A stretch of DNA of 64,000 nt from Patescibacteria group bacterium (GCA_028716485.1 JAQUPS010000003.1:715-64714), one strand, 5' to 3'; shown: positions 21,814 through 30,124, counted from the stretch's first letter. A program made the numbers and translations. Notes: generated by a model not told the origin, from the letters alone.

Positions 21814-23913
21814 ATGAAAATCAGCCTAAAAATACAATTATTTTATTTGGCATTAGCCGCTATTTGCCTTGTTTCCATCAGCGGCGCGGCGATTTATTAT
21901 TTCTACGCCTTGAATTGGCTGGGAATTTCTTTGACTTTGCTTTTGACCGGCGCCGGACTTTGGCTATTTGGCAGAATAATTTTTGAGCGAAAATCTGATT
22001 CGCTTGGTACTAACGACATTGCCAAAAATTTTATTGTCAATAAAACCAAAATTGACTGGAAAAACTTAGCTTTAACTTTCGCCTGGCTACTCCCCTATTT
22101 TTTCTTTTTTCTTTTTTCTTTTTTCTTTTTATTCAAGGCTCGTACCGATGCGGCCTTAACCTCGCCCTGGCAAGTTGTTTCCGCTAAATTTTTTATAGTT
22201 TATATTTTGGCTACGGCTTATTTATTTTGGCTGGCCTTAAAAAATTTCAAATACTCGCTTTGGCTGATTATCGCTCATTATTTTTTATCTTTTTCTGTTT
22301 TGTGGATTGTTTTTCAGATCGGCTACGGCTATGATCCGTTCATCCATCAGGCAACGGCCGGCTTAATCGATAAGCAGGGATTTGTTCTGCCCAAGACGCC
22401 ATATTACTTGGGACAATATTCTTTAATTCTAATCGCCCATAAATTATTTTTCATCCCGATCGTCTGGCTGGATAAGCTGCTCGTTCCGCTTTTAGCCGCC
22501 TTAACCATACCTCTCACTGTTAAATTATTTCTTAAAAAATTTACTTCTAATTTAGTATTTAGCATTCATCATTTAGCATTGCTGCTTTTACTTATTTTGC
22601 CTTTTTCTATTCTTACGCTTACAGTGCCGCAGAATCTGGCTTATTTATTTTTATTGCTCGCGATATTTTTCGCGCTTTTCGCCAGCTCGCGCGCGGAAAT
22701 CATTTTAAGTTTTCTACTGGCGCTCGCAGCAATGGCGGTTCATCCGGTGGCCGGCATTCCGGCTCTGCTTTTTGCCATCGCGATATTGATTTATCGCCAG
22801 CCGGGCAACCGTTTTTGTTTTGCGCCGAAAAATAATGGCGAAAGCGGTGAAATATGCCTGGATAAACCGCGCGAGGGAATTCTGCGCATTAAAACCATAA
22901 AGATTGTCGAAGAAAAAACTTTCAAATTTTCCGGCAAATCAGTCACGGATTTATTTTTAAGCAAAAAAAATATTTATGTATTGATTTATCTGCTCGCCGC
23001 CGGAGTTCTGCCAATTCTCTTTTATCTGACCGGCAAAAATTCTTCGACTGTCGCGGGCGATGCGGTCGCGGCAAGCGTCTCTCTACCGGAAATTATTTTT
23101 CCCCGGCGGGAAAATATTTTATTAAATTTTATTTATTTCTTTATCAGTAATAAATGGCTTATTTTGATTATTTTGGCCGTGGCGGCCGCTTATTTGATTT
23201 ACCGCTGGCGAAAAATATTTCCAAAATTTATCCTTTCGGGCGGAATAGCAGCCAGTTTATTGGCGGCCTATTTTATCACCCGGCAGCTTAATTTCAGCTT
23301 TCTGATAAACTATGAGCGCAACGACTACGCGCAAAGAATTTTATTCGACGCTTTTATTTTTATTATTCCGATTTTGGCGATCGCGGCGGCCAAATTTATC
23401 GACTTAATTCTATCCGCCAGGCCTTTTGTTAAATATTCTTGGCTAACGCTGGCAATAATTTTAATCGCGGTTTCGCTTTATGGCTCTTATCCGCGGCTGG
23501 ATAATTATTATAATTCTCACAGCTTTTCAGTCGGCGCCGATGACCTGGCCGCGGTAAATTGGATTGCCCAAGATGCCGGCAATACGCCCTATGCCGTCTT
23601 GGCCGACCAGCAAGTTTCGGTCGGCGCGCTCTGGACTTTCGGCTTCAGCCATTATTACAAAAACGATATCTATTTTTATCCTATCCCGACCGGCGGACCG
23701 CTTTATCAAATTTATCTAAATATGGTTTACCAAAAGCCTGACCGCGCCACCGCTCTCTCGGCTACTGATTTAACCGGCGTCGATACCGTTTATTTCGTTA
23801 TCAATAAATACTGGACCGGCTTTGACAAAGTCGTCGAACAGGCTAAAATAGATTCCGGTTCTTTTGCCAATATCAATAACGGACAAATATACATTTTCAA
23901 GTACCTTAAATAG
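21814..23913 (+). CDS. Large polytopic membrane protein (possible GT-C-like glycosyltransferase), function unknown
   Basis: 699 aa with many TMs, a GYGYDPFIHQATAGL loop and a C-terminal soluble domain. It is divergent from the previous membrane protein. Confidence 0.6.
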   Translation: MKISLKIQLFYLALAAICLVSISGAAIYYFYALNWLGISLTLLLTGAGLWLFGRIIFERKSDSLGTNDIAKNFIVNKTKIDWKNLALTFAWLLPYFFFFLFSFFFLFKARTDAALTSPWQVVSAKFFIVYILATAYLFWLALKNFKYSLWLIIAHYFLSFSVLWIVFQIGYGYDPFIHQATAGLIDKQGFVLPKTPYYLGQYSLILIAHKLFFIPIVWLDKLLVPLLAALTIPLTVKLFLKKFTSNLVFSIHHLALLLLLILPFSILTLTVPQNLAYLFLLLAIFFALFASSRAEIILSFLLALAAMAVHPVAGIPALLFAIAILIYRQPGNRFCFAPKNNGESGEICLDKPREGILRIKTIKIVEEKTFKFSGKSVTDLFLSKKNIYVLIYLLAAGVLPILFYLTGKNSSTVAGDAVAASVSLPEIIFPRRENILLNFIYFFISNKWLILIILAVAAAYLIYRWRKIFPKFILSGGIAASLLAAYFITRQLNFSFLINYERNDYAQRILFDAFIFIIPILAIAAAKFIDLILSARPFVKYSWLTLAIILIAVSLYGSYPRLDNYYNSHSFSVGADDLAAVNWIAQDAGNTPYAVLADQQVSVGALWTFGFSHYYKNDIYFYPIPTGGPLYQIYLNMVYQKPDRATALSATDLTGVDTVYFVINKYWTGFDKVVEQAKIDSGSFANINNGQIYIFKYLK
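22098..22130 (+). repeat. Tandem heptanucleotide tract (TTTTTTC)x4 plus TTTTT inside the membrane-protein CDS
   Basis: Read directly: TTTTTTC TTTTTTC TTTTTTC TTTTTTC TTTTT, encoding FFFFLFSFFFLF. Confidence 0.8.
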
Positions 23914-23922
23914 GAGGATGCC

Positions 23923-24084
23923 GTGGAACAAAAAAAGTTAGAGAAAAAAATTGCCGCGGAGAAAAAATCCGGGCAAGAAAAACAAAAAAGGCCAGTCAAA
24001 GATTTTCCCCCCGACAAAGACTTTCCTCTTTTTGATCATTGGGGCATTGCCAACCGCATTATCGAAAATTTTCTCAGCATCTAA
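23923..24084 (+). CDS. Small ORF (53 aa), lysine-rich N-terminus, function unknown
   Basis: Not in the track (<60 aa). GTG is preceded by a perfect AGGAGG with 5-nt spacing (the SD overlaps the TAG stop of the upstream gene). A strong terminator follows at 24100..24137. Sequence: MEQKKLEKKIAAEKKSGQEKQKRPVKDFPPDKDFPLFDHWGIANRIIENFLSI. Confidence 0.45.
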   Translation: MEQKKLEKKIAAEKKSGQEKQKRPVKDFPPDKDFPLFDHWGIANRIIENFLSI

Positions 24085-24099
24085 AGCCGAGGCAAACAA

Positions 24100-24137
24100 A
24101 ATACCGTTCGGGATTAACTTCCGAACGGCTTTTTTAT
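24100..24137 (+). terminator. Rho-independent terminator
   Basis: CCGTTCGG-GATTAACTT-CCGAACGG followed by CTTTTTTATT. Confidence 0.65.
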
Positions 24138-24221
24138 TCATAATAGCAAGCGTTGTTGAGTTTAAGGATAGGCGCAAATGGCAAAAAATATACGAAATAC
24201 GAAAATACCAAATACGAAATA

Positions 24222-24755
24222 CTAGATTCGTTTCAGCCATTTGAGAATCGCCCAGGCGATCGCGCCACCGGCTAAAGCCGTGGCGAATTGCGGCCAGGAA
24301 ACGATTTGAATTACGGCCGAGGCCAAATCTTTTTTCAGAATCAGGCTGATCATCAGATTGGCGTTGAACCAGATAAACAAATATTTCAGCGCCGCTCCGA
24401 CGGCCACGCCGATCCAATAGCCGTTGAGCTGTTTTTGGGCGGCGCGATAAAAATAATCGATGCTTAAAATAAAAATAACATTGCCGATCATGATAAACGG
24501 CACGACCGGCGCCAAAACCGCGGGCAAAAGTCCGCCAGCCAAAGCCATTACGCTCGGCACCAAGCTCATCAGTAAAGCGGCGCGGATGCCGGCAATGAAT
24601 AAAATCAAAATCAGCAGCGCGTTAATGATCGGGCCGGTGATCCATTGGATATGGATGAGAAACGGCAAAAAAGTGGCGACTGCCGCCAACGATAAAAATT
24701 GGGCGATAGCGGCAACATCAACTTTCACCGCGGCTTGTTCTTGAATATAATTCAT
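24222..24755 (-). CDS. Integral membrane protein (about 6 TM), last gene of the hydrogenase-associated string; function unknown
   Basis: Hydrophobic throughout. ATG at 24755 (MNYIQEQ) is preferred to the TTG at 24767. Any resemblance to ECF S-components is only my impression. Confidence 0.6.
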   Translation of the reverse strand: MNYIQEQAAVKVDVAAIAQFLSLAAVATFLPFLIHIQWITGPIINALLILILFIAGIRAALLMSLVPSVMALAGGLLPAVLAPVVPFIMIGNVIFILSIDYFYRAAQKQLNGYWIGVAVGAALKYLFIWFNANLMISLILKKDLASAVIQIVSWPQFATALAGGAIAWAILKWLKRI

Positions 24756-24765
24756 AATAAACAAC

Positions 24766-24838
24766 AAATCTCAATTTTAAATTATAAAATAAATTATAAA
24801 TAAAAAATTTGAATTTGATATTTTAAAATTTAAAATTA
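24766..24838. repeat. AT-rich 'AAATCTCAATTTTAAA' word inverted repeat (family C), copy 1
   Basis: AAATCTCAATTTTAAATTATAAAATAAATT...TTTGATATTTTAAAATTTAAAATTAAT. The same words occur at 26997.., 28085.. and 40358... Confidence 0.55.
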
Positions 24839-25093
24839 ATCGCTTATCACCAAACTTTTGGCTTTTACCGATTTGATCTTGTTGAATTTACCGACCAAGC
24901 TCTTAATATCAGTTAGGCTTCCTTCAACGACCAAAACTATTATTCCCGTGCATTGCGCGAAGCAGGCGGGAACCAAATTCACTCCCAAGCGGGCGTGAAT
25001 CAGGCGGCTTTCATCGGTCATTACTTTTTGCATAGCGGCCGCGTTGACATGCCGGTCATCGCTCAAAATCGTGATCGTGGCGAGATGTTTCAT
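24836..25093 (-). CDS. TM1266-family putative iron-only hydrogenase system regulator (ACT/NikR-C-like small protein)
   Basis: 85 aa from the ATG at 25093: MKHLATITILSDDRHVNAAAMQKVMTDESRLIHARLGVNL...GIIVLVVEGSLTDIKSLVGKFNKIKSVKAK. The size, the pattern and its position directly downstream of hydA fit this family. Confidence 0.55.
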   Translation of the reverse strand: MKHLATITILSDDRHVNAAAMQKVMTDESRLIHARLGVNLVPACFAQCTGIIVLVVEGSLTDIKSLVGKFNKIKSVKAKSLVISD

Positions 25094-25203
25094 ATAATTA
25101 TGATGCAAATCTACGAATTGATGCGAATGTTGTGAATACCGCGAATAATATTTATTCGCATTATTTGCGGCATTCGCGACCCATTCGCGTCATTCGCATT
25201 AAT

Positions 25204-26985
25204 TTAATAATTTCTCTTGTGATACTTGGTAAACAAAACTTTCTTTTCTAATTTGTTTTTTTTGATCCAATCGATCACTTCCAAGACGCCCTTATTTTCA
25301 TAAGAGCGGCGAAAGCCTTTTTTGGCAAAATCTATCTGATACAATGTTTGCTGCCGCTGGGCGCGGATCTCGTCGGTGGTCGGGATGGGCTGGCCGCCGC
25401 CGCCGATACAGCCGCCGCGGCAAGCCATCACTTCAATATAATCGAATTTATTCAGATCGGCGATAATCGGATCGATATTGCCAATGCCGTTGACTACCGC
25501 GATCCTCACTTTACTGCCGGCAATGTCCACTACGGCCGTTTTTATGCCGGCCAATCCCCTCGCCTCGTTATAATCTATCTTAGCGCGGCACAATTTTGCC
25601 TTTGGCCCGCAAGCCAAAAAATCCGCAGTGCGCAAGGCCGATTCCATCACGCCGCCCGAGCCGCCGAATAAAGCGGCCGCGCCGGAAAACCTGCCCAGCG
25701 GATCGTCGGTTTCCCGCGGTTTTAATCTGGCCAAATCAATATTATTTTTCTTCAACAAAAAAGATAATTCTCTGGTAGTTAAAACTTGATCAATCACCTG
25801 CCGCCCGTCGACTTTCATTTCCGGCCGGACTGCTTCATATTTTTTGGCCGTACAGGGCATAATCGAAACCAGTTTGATATTTTTCGGGTCGATCTTCATT
25901 TTCTTGGCCCAAAAAGTTTTTACCGCGCCGGCCAGATGGATATGCGGCGAGCGGGTCGTGGCCAGATGCGGAATAAGCTCCGGATGCAGCAGCTCGACGT
26001 AATTCACCCAGCCAGGACAGCAGGAAGTGAACATCGGTCGAGTAGCCTTCTTATCTTTAATCCGTTCTAATAATTCCTCGGCTTCGATTATCGTCGTTAA
26101 ATCAGCGCCAAAATTTATATCAAAAACATAATCAAAGCCCAATTGGCGCAAAGCGGCGGTGATTTTTCCCGAAGTGTCTTTGCCATACGGCATCTTAAAA
26201 TCCTCGCCGATCGTCACCCTGACCGACGGCGCAAACTGTGCCACCAAAATTTCCTTATCTTTATAAGCGGCGGCTTCGCCTCGCCGAAGCCCCTGGCGAA
26301 GGCGGGGGTGGGTTGCGCGGTTTACTTTTTTTCTTGCCAACAACTTTTCCACCGCCGCGATTTCAGATTGCTCCTGCGCCGCCGACACCGGACAATGCAG
26401 GGCGCACTGGCCGCACAAAATGCATTTGAATCCTTCATTCTGCCGCGGCACAATTTCCTGCCGGCTCCCCTTGCCGGCGAATTTCAAATAATGGATATTC
26501 TGCTGCATGGCGCAGGCCTCGACGCAATTCTTGCAGTCAATGCACTGCGAACCGTCAATCTCCACGGCATTGCGGAATTTATAGATCTTGCGCGCGCCTT
26601 TGCGGTCGCGGAATCTTGTTAATTTTACGCCATATTTTTTCACCGCGCCAAGCAAAGGACATTGGAAGCGCCAGATGCAATTCGGACATTTTTCAATATG
26701 CTCGGCAAAAATCAATTCTAAATTCATATTGCGCGCCTTTTTCACCCGTTCGGTTTCAGTCCGCACTTCCATGCAATCACAGACGGTCGTCGCGCACGAC
26801 GGCACTAATCTTTTATAGCCCTTAACTTCCACGGAACAGACGCGGCAATTTCCTTTCACCGGAAAATCCGGATGGAAACACAAAGCCGGAATATCAATCC
26901 CGTTCTTCTTGGCAACTTCCAAGACGGTCTGGCCCGGATCGGTCAGATAATCTTTACCGTTGATCTTTATCTTCAGCTTCTTCAT
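25204..26985 (-). CDS. hydA: [FeFe]-hydrogenase catalytic subunit (M3-type HydA) with a repeat-derived linker insertion
   Basis: N-terminal 2Fe-2S ferredoxin-like domain, H..C..C.....C cluster, two CxxCxxCxxxCP ferredoxin motifs. H-cluster motifs FTSCCPGW, MPCTAKKYE and EVMACRGGCIGGGGQP. Confidence 0.92.
   Translation of the reverse strand: MKKLKIKINGKDYLTDPGQTVLEVAKKNGIDIPALCFHPDFPVKGNCRVCSVEVKGYKRLVPSCATTVCDCMEVRTETERVKKARNMNLELIFAEHIEKCPNCIWRFQCPLLGAVKKYGVKLTRFRDRKGARKIYKFRNAVEIDGSQCIDCKNCVEACAMQQNIHYLKFAGKGSRQEIVPRQNEGFKCILCGQCALHCPVSAAQEQSEIAAVEKLLARKKVNRATHPRLRQGLRRGEAAAYKDKEILVAQFAPSVRVTIGEDFKMPYGKDTSGKITAALRQLGFDYVFDINFGADLTTIIEAEELLERIKDKKATRPMFTSCCPGWVNYVELLHPELIPHLATTRSPHIHLAGAVKTFWAKKMKIDPKNIKLVSIMPCTAKKYEAVRPEMKVDGRQVIDQVLTTRELSFLLKKNNIDLARLKPRETDDPLGRFSGAAALFGGSGGVMESALRTADFLACGPKAKLCRAKIDYNEARGLAGIKTAVVDIAGSKVRIAVVNGIGNIDPIIADLNKFDYIEVMACRGGCIGGGGQPIPTTDEIRAQRQQTLYQIDFAKKGFRRSYENKGVLEVIDWIKKNKLEKKVLFTKYHKRNY
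26267..26320. repeat. GC-rich repeat chimera (A/B-type modules) in-frame inside hydA
   Basis: GCGGCGGCTTCGCCTCGCCGAAGCCCCTGGCGAAGGCGGGGGTGGGTTGCGCGG shares GAAGCCCCTGGCGAAGG with the E3/E5 hairpins and GGGGTGGGTT with family B. It is translated as NRATHPRLRQGLRRGEAAA. Confidence 0.55.
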
Positions 26986-26996
26986 AAAATACTTTT

Positions 26997-27045
26997 AGAA
27001 TCTCAAATCTAAATTTTAAATTTTAAAATTGAGATTTTTGATTTT
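26997..27045. repeat. Family C AT-rich inverted repeat, copy 2
   Basis: AATCTCAA-ATCTAAATTTTAAATTTTAAAA-TTGAGATT. The right arm encodes the last residues (KIKNLNFKI*) of the NuoF-like gene. Confidence 0.55.
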
Positions 27046-28074
27046 TTCCTTATCCGCATCCTTTATATTTAATTCTGCGTTCAATAATACATTTTTAATG
27101 TATGATTTGATCGCCGTCGGCACGGAAAGGCCGAGGCCACAGAAAGATGTTTCCGATAAATCATCGAGTAGGTCAAAAAATAATTTCCAGTCGGGATTTT
27201 TGACATTGATTGTTTCATAGAGCCGGTAAGTTCCTTCGCGGCAAGGCACGCATTGGCCACAAGATTCGATGAGGAAAAAACCGATCCAATGGCGGAACAA
27301 TTCCCGCGCCGTCCACTCGCTTGTCCGATAAAGCGTCAAAGACATCGCGCCGGTCGGCGTTGCGCTTAACTGATGCTGATTCAAAATTTCTCCCGCCGAA
27401 CCGCCGCCGACTTGCACGAAAAAATCGAACTTCGGCCAATTTTTAGTAATCGCGATGATTTCTTTGATCGTCCGGTCAGCGCGATGCTTGTAAACTCCGG
27501 GATTTTTACAATCGCCGTTGACGCTGTAAAATCTGACTGTTTCGTAAGTCCCCTCGGCAATCTTGGCGACGTGATAAAAAGTTTCGACATTATTGATTAT
27601 CGTCGGTTCGCCCCAAAGACCTTTTTGCGTGGGAAACGGCGGTCTTAGTCTGGGCTCTGATTTATTTCCCTCGATAGTATTTAAAATCGCCGATTCTTCG
27701 CCGCAGATATAGCCGCCTTCCTCTGGTTTTACATACAAAGAAATCGGCGCGTTTCTTTTTTGGATTTCGTTCGCTAAAAATCGGCCGAACTTCTTGGCAT
27801 ATTCCGGATTGATAAAAATATATCCTTCAACCTCCACTCCATGCTCTTTAAGAAAATCAATAGCAACAATTATTCCGTCCACGACTTTGGCCGGCCAATT
27901 TTTCAAGATATAGCCGTCCTTAAAAACCATCGGCTCGCCCTCGCTGGCGTTGCAGATGACATATTTTCTCGGCCCAAAAGCATCCTTGACCGCCTGCCAT
28001 TTGTCAGCCGTCGGGTAAGCGGCCCCGCCGCAACCCTTCAAATCAGCCGCTCTAATTTTACTAAGGATATCCAT
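27016..28074 (-). CDS. NuoF-like (51-kDa subunit/HydB-like) FMN- and 4Fe-4S-binding NADH dehydrogenase module, short form
   Basis: GCGGAAYPTADKW, NASEGEPMVFKD and the N3-cluster motif ESCGQCVPCREG...SFCGLG. ATG at 28074 (MDILSK). It lacks the extra ferredoxin/thioredoxin-like domains of long HydB proteins. Confidence 0.85.
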   Translation of the reverse strand: MDILSKIRAADLKGCGGAAYPTADKWQAVKDAFGPRKYVICNASEGEPMVFKDGYILKNWPAKVVDGIIVAIDFLKEHGVEVEGYIFINPEYAKKFGRFLANEIQKRNAPISLYVKPEEGGYICGEESAILNTIEGNKSEPRLRPPFPTQKGLWGEPTIINNVETFYHVAKIAEGTYETVRFYSVNGDCKNPGVYKHRADRTIKEIIAITKNWPKFDFFVQVGGGSAGEILNQHQLSATPTGAMSLTLYRTSEWTARELFRHWIGFFLIESCGQCVPCREGTYRLYETINVKNPDWKLFFDLLDDLSETSFCGLGLSVPTAIKSYIKNVLLNAELNIKDADKEKIKNLNFKI

Positions 28075-28084
28075 AAATAATTTC

Positions 28085-28166
28085 AAATTTTAAAATCTCA
28101 ATTTTAAAATAACTCTAAAAAATAAATTTTAAATTTCTGATTTTTAATTTATTTTAAAATTTAAAA
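28085..28166. repeat. Family C AT-rich inverted repeat, copy 3
   Basis: AAATTTTAAAATCTCAATTTTAAAAT ... ATTTTAAAATTTAAAATTGTGATTT, between gap and the NuoF-like gene. Confidence 0.55.
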
Positions 28167-28180
28167 TTGTGATTTACCGA

Positions 28181-29197
28181 TCAAACTAAATTGTTCTTCC
28201 TGATATACTCGGCAATGTCGGCTAACCGATTCGAGTAGCCCCACTCATTGTCATACCAGGAAACGACCTTAACCATATCCCCTTCCACAACTTTAGTTAA
28301 GGATAAATCGACGATGGAAGAATACGGATTGCCGATGAAGTCGGTCGAAACGAGCGGCTCATCGGTGTAAGTCAAAATTCCTTTTAATCTGTCGGTTTCT
28401 GACGCGGCGATAATCGCTTTGTTGATAGTTTCGGCATCGACTTTTTTCTTCAAAAGATAAACCGTGTCGCAGATGGAAACAACGATCGTCGGCACGCGCA
28501 ATGATAAGCCGTCGAATTTTCCTTTCAGCGCCGGAATGGTGAGGGCGGCGGCGAGTGCCGCGCCGGTCGTGGTCGGAATGATATTGGCGGCGGCGGCGCG
28601 GGCGCGGCGCAGATCCTTGTGCGGGCCGTCCACCAGAACCTGGTCGGCGGTATAGGAATGAGTCGTGGTCATCATCGCTTTCTCGATGCCGAATTCTTTT
28701 TCGATTACGGCGGTCATCGGCGCCAGGCAATTCGTGGTGCAGGAAGCCATAGAAAAAACCTTATCTTCCGCTTTCAATTCTTCTTCATTGACGCCCAAGA
28801 CGATCGTCTTCATCTCGCCTTCGCCCTTGCAGGGCGCGGTCAGGACGACTTTTTTGGCGCCGGCCGATAGATGCATACTGGCCTTCTCGATGCTGGTAAA
28901 AAGTCCGGTCGACTCGATGACCAGATCGACATTCAAATCTTTCCAGGGCAAAGCCGAAGGATCTTTGATGGCGAAAACCGGATATTCCACGCCATCGACC
29001 ACCACGGCTTTATCCGTATGGCTGACGCTTTTGGCATAATTGCCGTAAGCGCTATCATATTTCAAAAGATGCGCCAAAGTTTTGGTGTCGACTAAATCGT
29101 TAATCGCGACGATCTTATTTTCCGGATGATTTTTGTCCAAAATGGCCTTGAAAGCCGAGCGGCCGATGCGGCCAAAGCCGTTGATTGCGATATTCAT
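28181..29197 (-). CDS. gap: Glyceraldehyde-3-phosphate dehydrogenase
   Basis: INGFGRIGR NAD-binding motif and the catalytic SCTTNCLAP; 338 aa. Confidence 0.95.
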   Translation of the reverse strand: MNIAINGFGRIGRSAFKAILDKNHPENKIVAINDLVDTKTLAHLLKYDSAYGNYAKSVSHTDKAVVVDGVEYPVFAIKDPSALPWKDLNVDLVIESTGLFTSIEKASMHLSAGAKKVVLTAPCKGEGEMKTIVLGVNEEELKAEDKVFSMASCTTNCLAPMTAVIEKEFGIEKAMMTTTHSYTADQVLVDGPHKDLRRARAAAANIIPTTTGAALAAALTIPALKGKFDGLSLRVPTIVVSICDTVYLLKKKVDAETINKAIIAASETDRLKGILTYTDEPLVSTDFIGNPYSSIVDLSLTKVVEGDMVKVVSWYDNEWGYSNRLADIAEYIRKNNLV

Positions 29198-29267
29198 AGA
29201 TTAGTTAGTTAATTGGTTAATTAGTTGATTGGTTAAATTATAGCATGAAATAAAACATTGGCTAAAC

Positions 29268-29298
29268 AGATCCCTCGCGCGGCGCTCGGGATGACAAA
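29268..29298. repeat. Solo half (single hairpin arm) of the MITE-like element
   Basis: AGATCCCTCGCGCGGCGCTCGGGATGACAAA has no partner arm nearby. The next 20 nt (AAGGAGGATTTTTTATTTC) are identical to 14386..14405. Confidence 0.55.
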
Positions 29299-29334
29299 CA
29301 AAAGGAGGATTTTTTATTTCTTACTTCTTACTCA

Positions 29335-29838
29335 TTATTTCCTTAACAGCTTTCTCGCCTTTTCATTGGTCACCGGCGCGCCTTTCGGAATTTTTTTATC
29401 GATCAGCTCAAGCAATTCGAACGGCTTGGCGTGCAGAAAATTTCCGGCAATGTTCATTTTAATTCGCTTAGCCATCGCCTTAGGCAATGATTCGGCCAGC
29501 ATCGTGTGGATAAATGCCGGCGCGAAAAGATAAATCGGCAAACCTTTTTTGCCAGCTTCGGCTTCCGCTATTTTTTCTTCGAATTTCTTGGCGAATTTAT
29601 TGAACAGATATTCTTTATTTACTTCATGGTCGGGATTGCCCATCCGGCTCAGCTTGCCGCCTTTTTTGCCGCCGAAAAATCCTTCATTATCCTCATACTT
29701 CGGGACCAGCTCCTCGATTTCGGCCACTTCATTAATAACGCCATCGCCCGCCACAAAAAATTTGGCGCGCCGGTCGCCAGCCACCGCCAATAAAACCTTT
29801 TCGTTCTTGAATTGATTCAATCCGTCTTTGATTTGCAT
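29335..29838 (-). CDS. Host-attachment-protein-like (baeRF/Host_attach-like) hypothetical protein
   Basis: 167 aa. VLLAVAGDRRAKFFVAGDG near the N-terminus and ...LFAPAFIHTMLAESLPKAMAKRI...HAKPFELLELI resemble the architecture of that family as I recall it. This call is tentative. Confidence 0.45.
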   Translation of the reverse strand: MQIKDGLNQFKNEKVLLAVAGDRRAKFFVAGDGVINEVAEIEELVPKYEDNEGFFGGKKGGKLSRMGNPDHEVNKEYLFNKFAKKFEEKIAEAEAGKKGLPIYLFAPAFIHTMLAESLPKAMAKRIKMNIAGNFLHAKPFELLELIDKKIPKGAPVTNEKARKLLRK

Positions 29839-29896
29839 AAGATAATTTTAATAGTTAATCTCCCTCTCTTATTTTAACATTTAACCGGCAAATTTA

Positions 29897-29932
29897 AAAC
29901 CCTTTAACCGCGCAGCTAAAGGGTTTATTGTT
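29897..29932. terminator. Terminator-like hairpin
   Basis: AACCCTTTA-ACCGCGCAGC-TAAAGGGTT, with TTATTGTTT on + and TTTAAATTT on -. Confidence 0.4.
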
Positions 29933-29962
29933 TAGGCTCCGAAAGCCCTGGCTAATGGCGCA

Positions 29963-30124
29963 GGAGCCTGTCTGATAAGTTCATTTCTGCTGCGGCTGGC
30001 AAATTTCGGCATAATTTTTTCTAAATTTTCTCGCCTATATGGCCATATAAGCTCAAAAATTTATAAAAAATTCTGCTCGAAATTTTCCAGCCTCGCTACG
30101 AAAGCGACTTATCAGTCAGGCTCC
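29963..30124. repeat. 162-nt imperfect inverted repeat (long hairpin/cruciform) centred on palindrome TATATGGCCATATA
   Basis: The arms GGAGCCTGTCTGATAAGT...GCTGGCAAATTTCGG...ATTTTTT and their complement align end to end with four small mismatch patches. The centre is at 30042/30043. Confidence 0.7.

Noticed and set aside
23938-24417. 159-aa minus-strand ORF in the track.
   Set aside because: It spans a strong plus-strand terminator hairpin and a low-complexity ATACGAA word tract, and it overlaps the end of the 24222 membrane-protein gene. The small plus-strand ORF with a perfect SD explains the region better.
24766-28166. The repeated AT-rich words between hydrogenase genes as a possible CRISPR array.
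   Set aside because: They are inverted repeats, not direct repeats, and are separated by whole genes rather than uniform 25-40-nt spacers. No cas genes are present.
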